Counted from the stretch's first letter, positions 26,878-36,327 are shown. The stretch is DNA of 37,486 bases from an uncultured bacterium (GCA_963981005.1 CAXCCM010000003.1:1-37486), one strand, 5' to 3'. Numbers and translations: made by a program. The notes: generated by a model not told the origin, from the sequence alone.

Positions 26878-27867
26878 ATGGTAGATTTAAAAACCATATA
26901 TATGGGACTCGAACTAAAAAATCCCATTATTGTTGGTTCATGTGGATTAACTGGCAAACTAGATTCGATAAAACAGTTGGCTGAAGCTGGTGCTTCTGCA
27001 GTTGTTTTAAAATCATTATTCGAAGAGCAGATAATGATGGAAGTGAACAAAAATATGGATGGTTATAATCCAGTTCACGGTCATACCGAAATGTACGATT
27101 ATCAAAAATACTTTGAAAAACAACATCTGTTAGAAAATTATCTGCAATTAATCAAAGATGCAAAACAAGCTATAGATATTCCAATTATTGCCAGTATAAA
27201 CTGTATGAGTTCTGCAGATTGGACAGGATTTGCAAAAGACATTGAACATGCTGGTGCCGATGCCCTTGAACTTAATATCTTCTTACTTCCTTCCAATCCT
27301 AAAATGGAAGGTAAAGATAATGAGAATGTATATTTTGATATCATTAAGAAAGTTACTGCTGAAGTTTCTATGCCTATCTCAATAAAAATAAGCCATTATT
27401 TCGATAATCTGGCAAATACATTACAAAGATTTTCTAAAACGAACATTGAAGGAATGGTGTTATTTAATAGATTCTATAACACAGATATTGATATAGAAAA
27501 AGAAGAGCTAATTGCTGGTAATATTTTCAGTACAGCAGATGACATGTCTAACTCTTTACGTTGGATCGGGATTATGAGTGATCTGGTGGATTGTGACTTA
27601 TGTGCAACAACTGGAATTCACAATGGAACAGATGTGATCAAGTTTCTTCTTGCAGGAGCTTCAAGTGTGCAGATGGTTTCATCAATTTACAATAATTCAC
27701 CAAAAATAATAGAAAAATCTTTAGATGAAATCAGCGACTGGATGCAGAAGCACAATTACGAATCAATTGAAAAATTCAAAGGGAAATTGAGTAAAACCTC
27801 AGATATGAATAATGCATTTTATGAACGAGTTCAATTTATGAAGTATTCTAGTACAAAAAAGAAGTAA
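26878..27867 (+). CDS. dihydroorotate dehydrogenase-like FMN protein
   Basis: LKNPIIVGS, VLKSLFEEQI, IASINC, ALELN, LFNRFY and FYERVQFM. Confidence 0.85.
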   Translation: MVDLKTIYMGLELKNPIIVGSCGLTGKLDSIKQLAEAGASAVVLKSLFEEQIMMEVNKNMDGYNPVHGHTEMYDYQKYFEKQHLLENYLQLIKDAKQAIDIPIIASINCMSSADWTGFAKDIEHAGADALELNIFLLPSNPKMEGKDNENVYFDIIKKVTAEVSMPISIKISHYFDNLANTLQRFSKTNIEGMVLFNRFYNTDIDIEKEELIAGNIFSTADDMSNSLRWIGIMSDLVDCDLCATTGIHNGTDVIKFLLAGASSVQMVSSIYNNSPKIIEKSLDEISDWMQKHNYESIEKFKGKLSKTSDMNNAFYERVQFMKYSSTKKK

Positions 27868-27939
27868 AAAACTAAAGAAAATTTTAGAAAAAATATAATC
27901 TAGAGTTTTCTTGATTTAAAGATAAAGCAGGAGAATTCT

Positions 27940-28137
27940 ATGTTATCTGATAATCCCAAACTTTTAGGTAAACCGAAAGATTTTCTGGTTACAGTTCGCA
28001 GAATTTTGATAACCTCTGGAGCAGGATTCTTAATTCCAATAACTGGTGATATTATGAGAATGCCGGGGCTTCCAAAAACACCCTCTGCATTGCAAATATA
28101 TATTGATGAGAATGGTGAGATTAGTGGACTTTTTTAG
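27940..28137 (+). pseudogene. fhs: C-terminal 65-aa fragment of formate--tetrahydrofolate ligase
   Basis: LSDNPKLLG.P..F..TVR....SGAGFL...TGDIMRMPGLP...IDENGEISGLF is the Fhs C-terminus. The preceding ~490 aa are absent. Confidence 0.85.
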
Positions 28138-28234
28138 CGGTAACCTTTTGGTGGATTAGATTGTTAGATAACAAATACAATAAGCTAAAAAATTTGTTAT
28201 AGATCCTTTCAACGTTAAATATGAAGGAGTTAAT

Positions 28235-28708
28235 ATGAGTTTTTATGAGAAAAATGACATTGTAGAAATGGCTGTGAAAATGGAACAGAATGGTTATACA
28301 TTCTACGATAATGCCTTGCAAAGAAATGATTTGGATGATGAAACAAGATCTATTTTAACAATATTGAGAGATGATGAGAAGGAACATGAAAATATTTTCA
28401 AGGCACTCAGAAACAAGATAGATCAAACAGAGTTAGAACAAAATTCCAACTGGGAAGAAGCTCAATTTTATATGGAATCAATAGTAAAAACACATGTATT
28501 TTATGAACCGAGTAACGCAATTCAAATGGCTAAGAATGCAGAGAATACAGCTGATTTAATAACATATGCAATACAATTTGAAAAAGATACTATTATCTTT
28601 TTTTTCTCACTTAAAAAGTATGTGAAGAACCATAAAACAGAAAAAATATTGGATACAATTATTAATGAAGAGTTCAAACATATTAGAAAGCTTCAAGATC
28701 TCATTTAG
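28235..28708 (+). CDS. ferritin-like/rubrerythrin-family diiron protein
   Basis: AVKMEQNGYTFY, DEKEH, AIQFEKDTIIFF and EEFKH. Confidence 0.85.
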   Translation: MSFYEKNDIVEMAVKMEQNGYTFYDNALQRNDLDDETRSILTILRDDEKEHENIFKALRNKIDQTELEQNSNWEEAQFYMESIVKTHVFYEPSNAIQMAKNAENTADLITYAIQFEKDTIIFFFSLKKYVKNHKTEKILDTIINEEFKHIRKLQDLI

Positions 28709-28804
28709 TTTTCGTCTTAAACAATTTTATCTTCAGATTTAAATTGAGGATAAGCAAATAAATTTTTTAGCCTACAAATTTTCAGAGAATAAGGAGTTGT
28801 AATA

Positions 28805-29317
28805 ATGAACTTAGATGCATTGTTTAACATCAGTTATGGTTTGTTTGTGGTTAGTTCAAAATTAGATGAGAAGTTTAACGCTCAACTTGCAAATACTGTG
28901 TTTCAGATAACTTCCAACCCATCTACTATTGCTATTAGTATTTCCAAAAATAACTACACTCACGAATTTATTGAAATCAGTAACGTTTTTACGGTATCAA
29001 TTATTTCTGATAAATGGACGTTAATGGAGATCGGAAAATTTGGATTTAGAAGTGGAAGAGAAATTAATAAATTTGCAGAATGTAATTACAAAATTGGAAA
29101 GAATGGAGCTCCAATAATCTTAAATAAAACTGTTGGGTATCTTGAATGTAAAATAATTAATAGTTTAGATGCCGGAACTCACACCGTTTTTTTGGGAGAA
29201 GTTACCGATGCTGATACTATTTCGGATCTAAATCCAATGACTTATGATTATTATCATAAAGTTATAAAAGGTAAGGTTCCACCTAATGCTCCAACATATC
29301 GAGCAACCATAAACTAA
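28805..29317 (+). CDS. flavin reductase-like protein (N-terminal domain type of high-molecular-weight rubredoxin)
   Basis: ISYGLFVVSS, FGFRSGREINKF, GTHTVFLGEV and PMTYDYYH..IKG..P.NAPTY. Confidence 0.85.
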   Translation: MNLDALFNISYGLFVVSSKLDEKFNAQLANTVFQITSNPSTIAISISKNNYTHEFIEISNVFTVSIISDKWTLMEIGKFGFRSGREINKFAECNYKIGKNGAPIILNKTVGYLECKIINSLDAGTHTVFLGEVTDADTISDLNPMTYDYYHKVIKGKVPPNAPTYRATIN

Positions 29318-29485
29318 AAATGCTTAAATATTTATATCTAGCTTATAGTATAATGCAAGCAATGATAACAACTTATGCACAATATTATTTATTGACAGAA
29401 TTATTTTAGATTTAAGATTCTTTTGTAATATAAATGTTTAGTAATAATATAGTAAATCGTTATTCTTAAAATTTAGGATTATTAA

Positions 29486-29977
29486 ATGGATAAACAGATT
29501 ATTTTTGCAATGACTGGTGAAATTAAAACAGGTGATAAAAATTCAATTCTAAAATCTGGCCCAATTGGCTCTTGCATAGTAATAACAGCCTACAATCATC
29601 ATAACCAAATTGCTGTAATGTCACATATTATGCTCCCAGGGGTTGCTCCTGCAAAAGAGAATACAAAAAAAACAAGATATGCTGTAAATGCAATTACTGA
29701 ACTTATAACATTATATAAATTAGACAGATCAAGTGAAGAGATAATTGCAGTTTGTATTGCGGGTGGAGCAAACGTATTACAAAAAACTGATGATTGTATA
29801 GGACAAAATGTCATTGATTCTATAGAGGAAATTTTAAAAAACAAAGAGATAAAAGTGGTAGCAAGGTCTTTGGGTGGAACACAAAGAAGAAGTGTTTCAT
29901 TTGATGTAGAAACCGGAAATGTGCATTGTTCAATTGGTGATGGAGCAGATGAGTTCTTTTGGAATTTCAGTGGGTGA
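29486..29977 (+). CDS. cheD: chemoreceptor glutamine deamidase CheD
   Basis: TGEIK, IGSCI, HIMLP, TRYA, IAGGANV, IGQNV and LGGTQRRSV. Confidence 0.85.
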   Translation: MDKQIIFAMTGEIKTGDKNSILKSGPIGSCIVITAYNHHNQIAVMSHIMLPGVAPAKENTKKTRYAVNAITELITLYKLDRSSEEIIAVCIAGGANVLQKTDDCIGQNVIDSIEEILKNKEIKVVARSLGGTQRRSVSFDVETGNVHCSIGDGADEFFWNFSG

Positions 29978-30005
29978 GCTGTTTCAGGTAAGATAGGGGT
30001 AGAAG

Positions 30006-30280
30006 ATGAAAAATATTGTTAATACCAAAGAACAATTTCTAAATGAAATAAGCATTTTACAAACCGAAATTACAGAATTGAAAAAGTGAATATACTCATG
30101 GATTCTGCGATTCCAATAGGCTTAATAATTAATGAGCTATATTCAACAATTTTCAAGCATGCTTTTCCTAATAAAAACTAGGTAAAATATCAGTCAAAGG
30201 GTGAGGTCAATATAGATTCTGCCAATGGGTTAATGTGGCATATAAAACTCAAGGATGATCAATATAAAGAGAGAGTATAA
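30006..30280 (+). pseudogene. internally deleted, stop-disrupted sensor histidine kinase (HisKA_2/HWE-like) remnant
   Basis: 30006-30089 MKNIVNTKEQFLNEISILQTEITELKK* (N-terminal coiled coil). 30098-30181 MDSAIPIGLIINELYSTIFKHAFPNKN* (HATPase N-box). 30182-30280 ends ...YKERV*. Confidence 0.7.
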
Positions 30281-30308
30281 TAAATTTAAGTATTGAAATG
30301 GAGATAAT

Positions 30309-30686
30309 ATGGAAGAAAAAGTTAAAGTATTAATAGTTGAAGATGAGGTGCTGATAGCACAATGGCTAACAGCAGAGATGCAAGACCTAGGATATAATGT
30401 TCTTGATTTTGTAACTTCCGGTGAAGAGGCTATAGTAATTGCTAAGAATCAAAAACCGGATGTATTGCTTCTGGATATTAATTTATCTGGTTATATTGAT
30501 GGAATTGATGCTGCCGAGAAAATAGCAGAAACTCTGGATATTCCAATAATATTTATGACTGGATATAATGAGGCTAAAATTTTTGAGCGAGCTCAAATGA
30601 TGAAGCCGGTTGCATATCTGGAAAAACCGATTGATATGCATAATATAAAGCCTGTTATAGAATCAATTATAAAGAAGAAAAAGTAA
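30309..30686 (+). CDS. stand-alone response regulator receiver protein
   Basis: VLIVEDE, LLDINL (phospho-Asp), FMTG and LEKP. Confidence 0.93.
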   Translation: MEEKVKVLIVEDEVLIAQWLTAEMQDLGYNVLDFVTSGEEAIVIAKNQKPDVLLLDINLSGYIDGIDAAEKIAETLDIPIIFMTGYNEAKIFERAQMMKPVAYLEKPIDMHNIKPVIESIIKKKK

Positions 30687-30693
30687 GGAAATT

Positions 30694-30996
30694 ATGGATT
30701 TTGAGAAATTAAAACAGGATAAATTTTCCTTCGTATATATAACAACTAAAAGTTGTAATGTTTGTAAGGTGTTTCAACCAAAACTTAGGGAACTTGCAAA
30801 GAAATATAAGGAATCGAAATTTCACCATATAGAATTAGATGATAAAGGTGAAGCAGCCGGTTTTTTTATGGCCTTCTCTGTTCCTACTTTTCTTGTATAT
30901 TCAGAGGGACAAGAGCTTATACGTACTGCGCGTCACCTTAATATTGAAGAAATAGAAACAAAATTAAATAGATATCATCAAATGATATTTTCATAA
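30694..30996 (+). CDS. thioredoxin family protein
   Basis: CNVC and SVPTFLVY. Confidence 0.85.
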   Translation: MDFEKLKQDKFSFVYITTKSCNVCKVFQPKLRELAKKYKESKFHHIELDDKGEAAGFFMAFSVPTFLVYSEGQELIRTARHLNIEEIETKLNRYHQMIFS

Positions 30997-31012
30997 AAGG
31001 ATATAAAAAAAA

Positions 31013-31990
31013 ATGAAACAATTTGTACTATTATTATTTGTAACAATTATTGCACTCATGCCAGTTTTTAGCCAAGAATACATGATCATCGACACAAAAA
31101 CCAATGAAGAAATAATACTTAGAGAAATGGCAGAGCGGCTTGGAAATTATGATGCGATCTTTTTTGGAGAGTTTCACGAGAATAAAATTTTGCATTCATT
31201 AGAAATTGAATTATTAAAGATGTTTCACAATAATAACAAAAATCTTATAATCTCTATGGAAATGTTTGAGCGAGATGTACAGCCTATATTAGATAATTAT
31301 TTAAGTGGAGAAATTACAGAAGAAGATTTTCTGGCAAATTCACGTCCATGGCCAAATTACGAAGCAGATTATAAACCGATAATTGAATTTGCCAAAGATA
31401 ATAAGCTTGTAGTTGTTGCTGCAAATATTCCACGCAGATATGCCAATATGATAAGTAGAAATGGATTGAATGCACTTGATTCATTATCTGTAGAAGAGAA
31501 AAAATTTATTACAAAAGAACATATAGTTTTTGCAGACGAATATAAAACCCGCTTTATAAAAACCATGAAGAGTAATATGGAACACAGTAGTAAAATGCCA
31601 AAAAAAATGAAGATGAACTTTGAGCTGATTTATGCTGCTCAATGCATAAAAGATGATACAATGGCAGAATCGATATTAAATTATCATCGGATTCCTCCAC
31701 GAAGAAAGGTTATACATTTTAACGGTGATTTTCATAGTGGGAAACATCTGGGAACAGCTCAGAAAATTCAAGTATTAGAACCAATGCTAAAAGTAGCAGT
31801 TATTTCTCCATTGGGCTGTGAAGGAGAATTTGTTTGGGAAGATGAAGATTTATTAGAGGGTGAGTTTCTTATTCTGTTTAAAGAAATACCTAAAGAAGAA
31901 GAATCTGAAGATGAGGTGGCTGAAGAAGTCAAAGAAGTTCAAGAAGAAAAAAATATTGAGAAAGAAACATTAGAGGAAAATAACCTTTAA
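31013..31990 (+). CDS. ChaN family (heme-binding/iron-regulated) exported protein
   Basis: Signal peptide, FFGEFH, SMEMFERDVQ, WPNY..DY.P, AANIPRR, AQCIKDDTMA and NGDFHS. Acidic tail. Confidence 0.85.
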   Translation: MKQFVLLLFVTIIALMPVFSQEYMIIDTKTNEEIILREMAERLGNYDAIFFGEFHENKILHSLEIELLKMFHNNNKNLIISMEMFERDVQPILDNYLSGEITEEDFLANSRPWPNYEADYKPIIEFAKDNKLVVVAANIPRRYANMISRNGLNALDSLSVEEKKFITKEHIVFADEYKTRFIKTMKSNMEHSSKMPKKMKMNFELIYAAQCIKDDTMAESILNYHRIPPRRKVIHFNGDFHSGKHLGTAQKIQVLEPMLKVAVISPLGCEGEFVWEDEDLLEGEFLILFKEIPKEEESEDEVAEEVKEVQEEKNIEKETLEENNL

Positions 31991-32002
31991 AACTTTAAAC
32001 AC

Positions 32003-32132
32003 TGAAAGAGCCTCTTTCAAGAATTCTCACAATTGTCAGTTTTAAGGTTCTTAAATTTATTGGTAACCTTAAAAGTAATAAGTAGGAAGAAGTTGTGAGA
32101 GAAACCTTTTCAAGGTTTATAAATAAGTAGGA
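32003..32132. other. intergenic cluster of nested inverted repeats
   Basis: TGAAAGAG-C-CTCTTTCA (32003-32019). TCTCACAA/TTGTGAGA (32025-32032/32093-32100) encloses TTTTAAGGTT/AACCTTAAAA (32040-32049/32065-32074). AAACCTT-TTC-AAGGTTT (32102-32118). Confidence 0.55.
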
Positions 32133-32138
32133 GAAAAA

Positions 32139-34304
32139 ATGAAAAACTATTTTGTTTTGTTATTTTTATTAATGCTAATATCTTCGGGATGTTCTTATTT
32201 TAAACCGGCAGGTTTAACTGAATTTGATTTTAACAAAGATAAAGAAACCGAAAATAGTAACTTCAATAATATGCATAAAATGTTTATGGAATTAGATTCT
32301 TCAGAAACAGAAGATTACTATTTTGTTGTTATTGGTGATTCTAGAAACATGGTTCGTTCGGATGACTTAAGCGGTTTTAATTTTGTGGCAAAGCAGATAA
32401 TTTATGCAAAAGATAATGACGGATATATTTATGATAAAATAAAATTTATAATGCACATGGGAGACATAGTTTATGACGGTGTAGCAAAGTATCAATGGGA
32501 TAACATAAAGAAAGCTTTTTCTAATAAAGATTACTATGAAAACAACTACCCTTATATTAAATTATTAGCACGTCAAAAACCAGTTTTCCCAGTTTTGGGA
32601 AATCATGAGATCATGAAGTTCAAGTTTAAGCCAGAGACTAAATATAAAAATTTAGCCAGTGTGAATAAGGGTTTGCAGAATTTTAACGATTTCTTTAATT
32701 GGGAAGAATTCATGGCAGATTCCAATATTCTCTACTCAATCCCATCGGAACTTCCAATAGATACATTTACCAAATTATGCAATAAAATTGGGGCTAATGA
32801 AAGCGATGTGATGAATAAGCACTATGTTCTTCTTGAAGATAATTTGTATCATTTAAAAATTTATCAGGATTTTATTGAAGAATTAAAGAACACAAAACCT
32901 CAAATTGCAATAATAGGAAATTATTTAGATGAGAATAAAAAGTTAGAAGTGATAAGTGATCTCTATCCTATCTATAACAAATTAGATTACAATGTACTTC
33001 CTGCAATCAGTTCAGATAACATGATATGTTATGCTTTCGAAATCCAAGATCAGATATATTTTATTATGGATTCAATGTCACGTGGTTGGCATTACAATAC
33101 TTTTACACAATTAAAAGAGGGATTATTTCCAAAAAAACAAGATCAGCATGATTTGAATCTATTCTCTAAGAGTGATCTGAATGGGCAATATGAATTTTAT
33201 AAAGCACTAAAAGAATATGCAGATAAACATGAAAAAATAATAGTTCCCTTTATGCATCATTCAGCTATAAACAGTGTTAATGATATTGATGGAAGTGGAA
33301 TTCAATACAATCTTAAACTTATGCTCGGGGTAGATTATGATGATAAAATCAAGAATTCAACAGAATTTTACAAATCTATAAGTGATAATACATTCTTTGA
33401 TGAATTATTATTTCCAGACGTTCAGGGTGAAGAATTTAATTATTTCACATCGTGTGTTCATTATTATCAGGGGATAGAATTTAATACTTATAATAATGAT
33501 ATCCTTCAAAATAAGATCAATTGGTATATAACCGGCGGAGGCGGTGGTGAGCTAGAAACCAGCCACGATGATAATGTTATGTATAAAACAGTAGATCTGC
33601 TTAATAGAAGGTTATTAGATACTTACAGTGTCAGAAATAATGAAGGTGATAGAACATTGGTAAACCCTGCTATTGAAGTTGAAAAAAGTGAGGTTGAATA
33701 TAGTTATAATTACTTACTGGTTCATGTGGAAAATGGTGTAATATCGGAAGTAATCCCTAAATTTATTGAAACTGAAAAAGTAAAATTGAAGAAACCACTC
33801 ATAAAATTAAGTGCAACTTTATCTAATCCTGTTTATTATGAACCAATAAGTGTTGGACAATTAATCTTTGTAAGCCCGTGGAGCTGGGGACTGGAGAAAA
33901 TAGCGGTTGGATTATCACCATTTACTTGGGATCCAAGTTTCGGTGTTGGCTATTTAAATTATGATTACAATAACAAAGAAAAAAGTGAAATGGCTTCAAT
34001 CGAAGTGGGAAGCCCCTTAAGATTCAAGGCTAGATTTTCAAATTCGAGAGAGTTTATTTTTAATTTTTTTGATTTCACAATGTTCAATGGTGGCTCAACA
34101 AAAGCCAGAACATTAATCTCTGCTGGAATGGAAGGTCCATTATTATATAATTTCTTCTATGATGCTAAAGAACCATGGCCATCAATTTATAAAAGAATAA
34201 ATTTTGCTTACAATTATTATTTTTATGATGTTGATCCAGATGTGGAGATTGATTTTGCAAAAGATATAAAAATGTCTTGGATAGTGAAATTCTCATTATT
34301 TTAA
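32139..34304 (+). CDS. metallophosphoesterase (calcineurin-like) lipoprotein with C-terminal beta-rich domain
   Basis: Lipobox ISSGC, IGDSR, HMGDIVYDG, VLGNHE, MHHS and ITGGGG. C-terminus WIVKFSLF. Confidence 0.75.
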   Translation: MKNYFVLLFLLMLISSGCSYFKPAGLTEFDFNKDKETENSNFNNMHKMFMELDSSETEDYYFVVIGDSRNMVRSDDLSGFNFVAKQIIYAKDNDGYIYDKIKFIMHMGDIVYDGVAKYQWDNIKKAFSNKDYYENNYPYIKLLARQKPVFPVLGNHEIMKFKFKPETKYKNLASVNKGLQNFNDFFNWEEFMADSNILYSIPSELPIDTFTKLCNKIGANESDVMNKHYVLLEDNLYHLKIYQDFIEELKNTKPQIAIIGNYLDENKKLEVISDLYPIYNKLDYNVLPAISSDNMICYAFEIQDQIYFIMDSMSRGWHYNTFTQLKEGLFPKKQDQHDLNLFSKSDLNGQYEFYKALKEYADKHEKIIVPFMHHSAINSVNDIDGSGIQYNLKLMLGVDYDDKIKNSTEFYKSISDNTFFDELLFPDVQGEEFNYFTSCVHYYQGIEFNTYNNDILQNKINWYITGGGGGELETSHDDNVMYKTVDLLNRRLLDTYSVRNNEGDRTLVNPAIEVEKSEVEYSYNYLLVHVENGVISEVIPKFIETEKVKLKKPLIKLSATLSNPVYYEPISVGQLIFVSPWSWGLEKIAVGLSPFTWDPSFGVGYLNYDYNNKEKSEMASIEVGSPLRFKARFSNSREFIFNFFDFTMFNGGSTKARTLISAGMEGPLLYNFFYDAKEPWPSIYKRINFAYNYYFYDVDPDVEIDFAKDIKMSWIVKFSLF

Positions 34305-34345
34305 AATAGAAAAATATTTTTTGATAGCCCCGTCAAAAAGACGGG

Positions 34346-34450
34346 GTAAAAGATAACGCTTTGGATTATGATACACTGAAACCTACTTTGTGGACTTTTT
34401 CTCCAATGAGTTATTGGACGATTGGAGAAAATTTTGGACAATCTTTTTAA
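34346..34450 (+). pseudogene. possible 3' remnant of a flavoredoxin/flavin reductase gene
   Basis: VKDNALDYDTLKPTLWTFSPMSYWTIGENFGQSF* resembles the D..PD..K..P......YW..G..G.AF C-terminus of flavoredoxins. No start codon. Confidence 0.4.
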
Positions 34451-34525
34451 TAAAGATAACGTAAAATTGGTTCCCAAAAAGGAAAACGACAAGAAGTAAC
34501 AGACATCAAAACAACGGAGGAAAGA

Positions 34526-35728
34526 ATGCTGTATAGAAAAGATCCAAAATCTGGAAATGATGTTTCAATTCTAGGTTATGGTGCAATGCGACTACCTTCT
34601 AAAAGAAACAAAATTGATTATGATGAAGCAAAGAAGCAAATGCTTTATTGCATCGAGAATGGAGTAAATTATATTGATACTGCCTGGCCGTATCATAATG
34701 GAGAGAGTGAATTATTCATAGGTAAAGTGCTGGCAGAAACCGGTTTGCGGAATAAGGTGAAGATTGCAGATAAACTTCCTCACTGGGTTATCAATAATTC
34801 TGACGATATGGATACAATTCTAAAGAAACAACTTGAAAAACTAAAGACAGATTACATCGATTATTATCTTGTTCATGCACTTGATGGTAATAGCTGGGAT
34901 AAGATGAAATCTATGCAGATCGAATCTTTTCTGAAGAAGATCAAAGATGAGGGTTTGGTTAAGAATATTGGTTTTTCTTTTCATGGTCCTAAAGAAGATT
35001 TTATAAGAATTGTAGATGAATATAATTGGGATTTTTGTCAGATTCAATACAACATTCTCGATGAACAGAACCAAGCAGGAACAGAAGGTTTGAAATATGC
35101 TTCCAAAAATGGATTAGGTGTCATTGTTATGGAGCCGCTTCGAGGTGGAAATTTAGCCAAAGAAATGCCGACAGAAGCAGCAAAACTTTATGCTTCAGCT
35201 TCGCAAGAAAGAACTAATGTAGAATGGGCTCTGCGCTGGGTTTGGAATCATCCGGAAGTTATTTGTGTGCTTTCCGGCATGAATGAAATGGATCATATCA
35301 AAGAAAATATCAGAATTGCAGAGGAAGCACTTCCTAATTCACTTACAGAGCATGAACTGGATATCATAAAAAATGTTGGCAGTTCGTACAGAAAGGCAAT
35401 GAAAGTAAATTGCACAGGTTGCCAATATTGTATGCCATGTCCTTTTGGAGTAAATATTCCCGGATGTTTTGAGCATTATAATTCATATCATATGTTCGGA
35501 AAAAAAATTATGACAAAAGGATTTTATCATGTTCAAATGGCTGGAATAACCGGAGGAGATAAGTATTTGGCGAGTCTATGCACAAAATGCGGAAAGTGTG
35601 TTCCTCAATGTCCTCAAAAAATTGATATTCCCAAAGAAATGATAAATGTAAAAAAATCTTTAGAAGGTTTCTTCATTAACCTATTGATGCAATTCGTTGG
35701 AAAGATGATGAAAAAGCAAAACAAATAG
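34526..35728 (+). CDS. aldo/keto reductase with C-terminal 4Fe-4S dicluster
   Basis: LGYGAMRLP, IDTAWPYH, IGFSFH, VMEPLRGG, CTGCQYCMPC and CTKCGKCVPQCPQ. Confidence 0.92.
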   Translation: MLYRKDPKSGNDVSILGYGAMRLPSKRNKIDYDEAKKQMLYCIENGVNYIDTAWPYHNGESELFIGKVLAETGLRNKVKIADKLPHWVINNSDDMDTILKKQLEKLKTDYIDYYLVHALDGNSWDKMKSMQIESFLKKIKDEGLVKNIGFSFHGPKEDFIRIVDEYNWDFCQIQYNILDEQNQAGTEGLKYASKNGLGVIVMEPLRGGNLAKEMPTEAAKLYASASQERTNVEWALRWVWNHPEVICVLSGMNEMDHIKENIRIAEEALPNSLTEHELDIIKNVGSSYRKAMKVNCTGCQYCMPCPFGVNIPGCFEHYNSYHMFGKKIMTKGFYHVQMAGITGGDKYLASLCTKCGKCVPQCPQKIDIPKEMINVKKSLEGFFINLLMQFVGKMMKKQNK

Positions 35729-35749
35729 ATAGACCATATAGGAGAAAAG

Positions 35750-36325
35750 ATGAGAGTATTAGCAATAATTGGCAGTGCCAGAAAAGAAGGAAACACAACT
35801 GCTCTTACAAAAATCGTGTTCGAGGAATTAGAAAAAGAAGGAGTAGAGACCGAACTTATCGAGCTGGCAGGAACAAACTTGAAGGGTTGCATGGCTTGCT
35901 ACAAATGTTTCCAAAACAAAGATAAAAGCTGCATTATTAAAACTGATGAAATGAACGAACTCATAACCAAAATGGTTGAAGCAGATGCCGTGATCCTTGG
36001 TTCTCCTACGTATTTTGCAAATGTGAGTTCAAATATAAAAGCTCTGATAGATCGTGCCGGATTGGTTGGGATCGCAAATGATCATTTATTCAAAAGAAAG
36101 ATCGGTGCAGCTGTTGTAGCGGTTCGTCGTGCCGGAAGTGTGAATGTTTTTGATGCGATCAATAAATTTTTCTTCATAAACCAGATGATCGTTCCTGGTT
36201 CTGTATATTGGAACTTGGGAATCGGATTACAGCCGGGAGATGTAAACAACGATGAAGAAGGCGTAAGAACAATGAAGATCCTCGGTGAAAATATGGCTTG
36301 GTTGCTGAAGAAAATAAATAATTAA
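35750..36325 (+). CDS. iron-sulfur flavoprotein (flavodoxin family)
   Basis: GSARKEGNT, CMACYKC...C, GSPTYF and RRAG. Confidence 0.9.
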   Translation: MRVLAIIGSARKEGNTTALTKIVFEELEKEGVETELIELAGTNLKGCMACYKCFQNKDKSCIIKTDEMNELITKMVEADAVILGSPTYFANVSSNIKALIDRAGLVGIANDHLFKRKIGAAVVAVRRAGSVNVFDAINKFFFINQMIVPGSVYWNLGIGLQPGDVNNDEEGVRTMKILGENMAWLLKKINN

Positions 36326-36327
36326 AT

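Noticed and set aside
34321-34350. Hairpin as an IS end or intrinsic terminator
   Set aside because: No U-tract on either strand, and no transposase, matching second end or target duplication was found.
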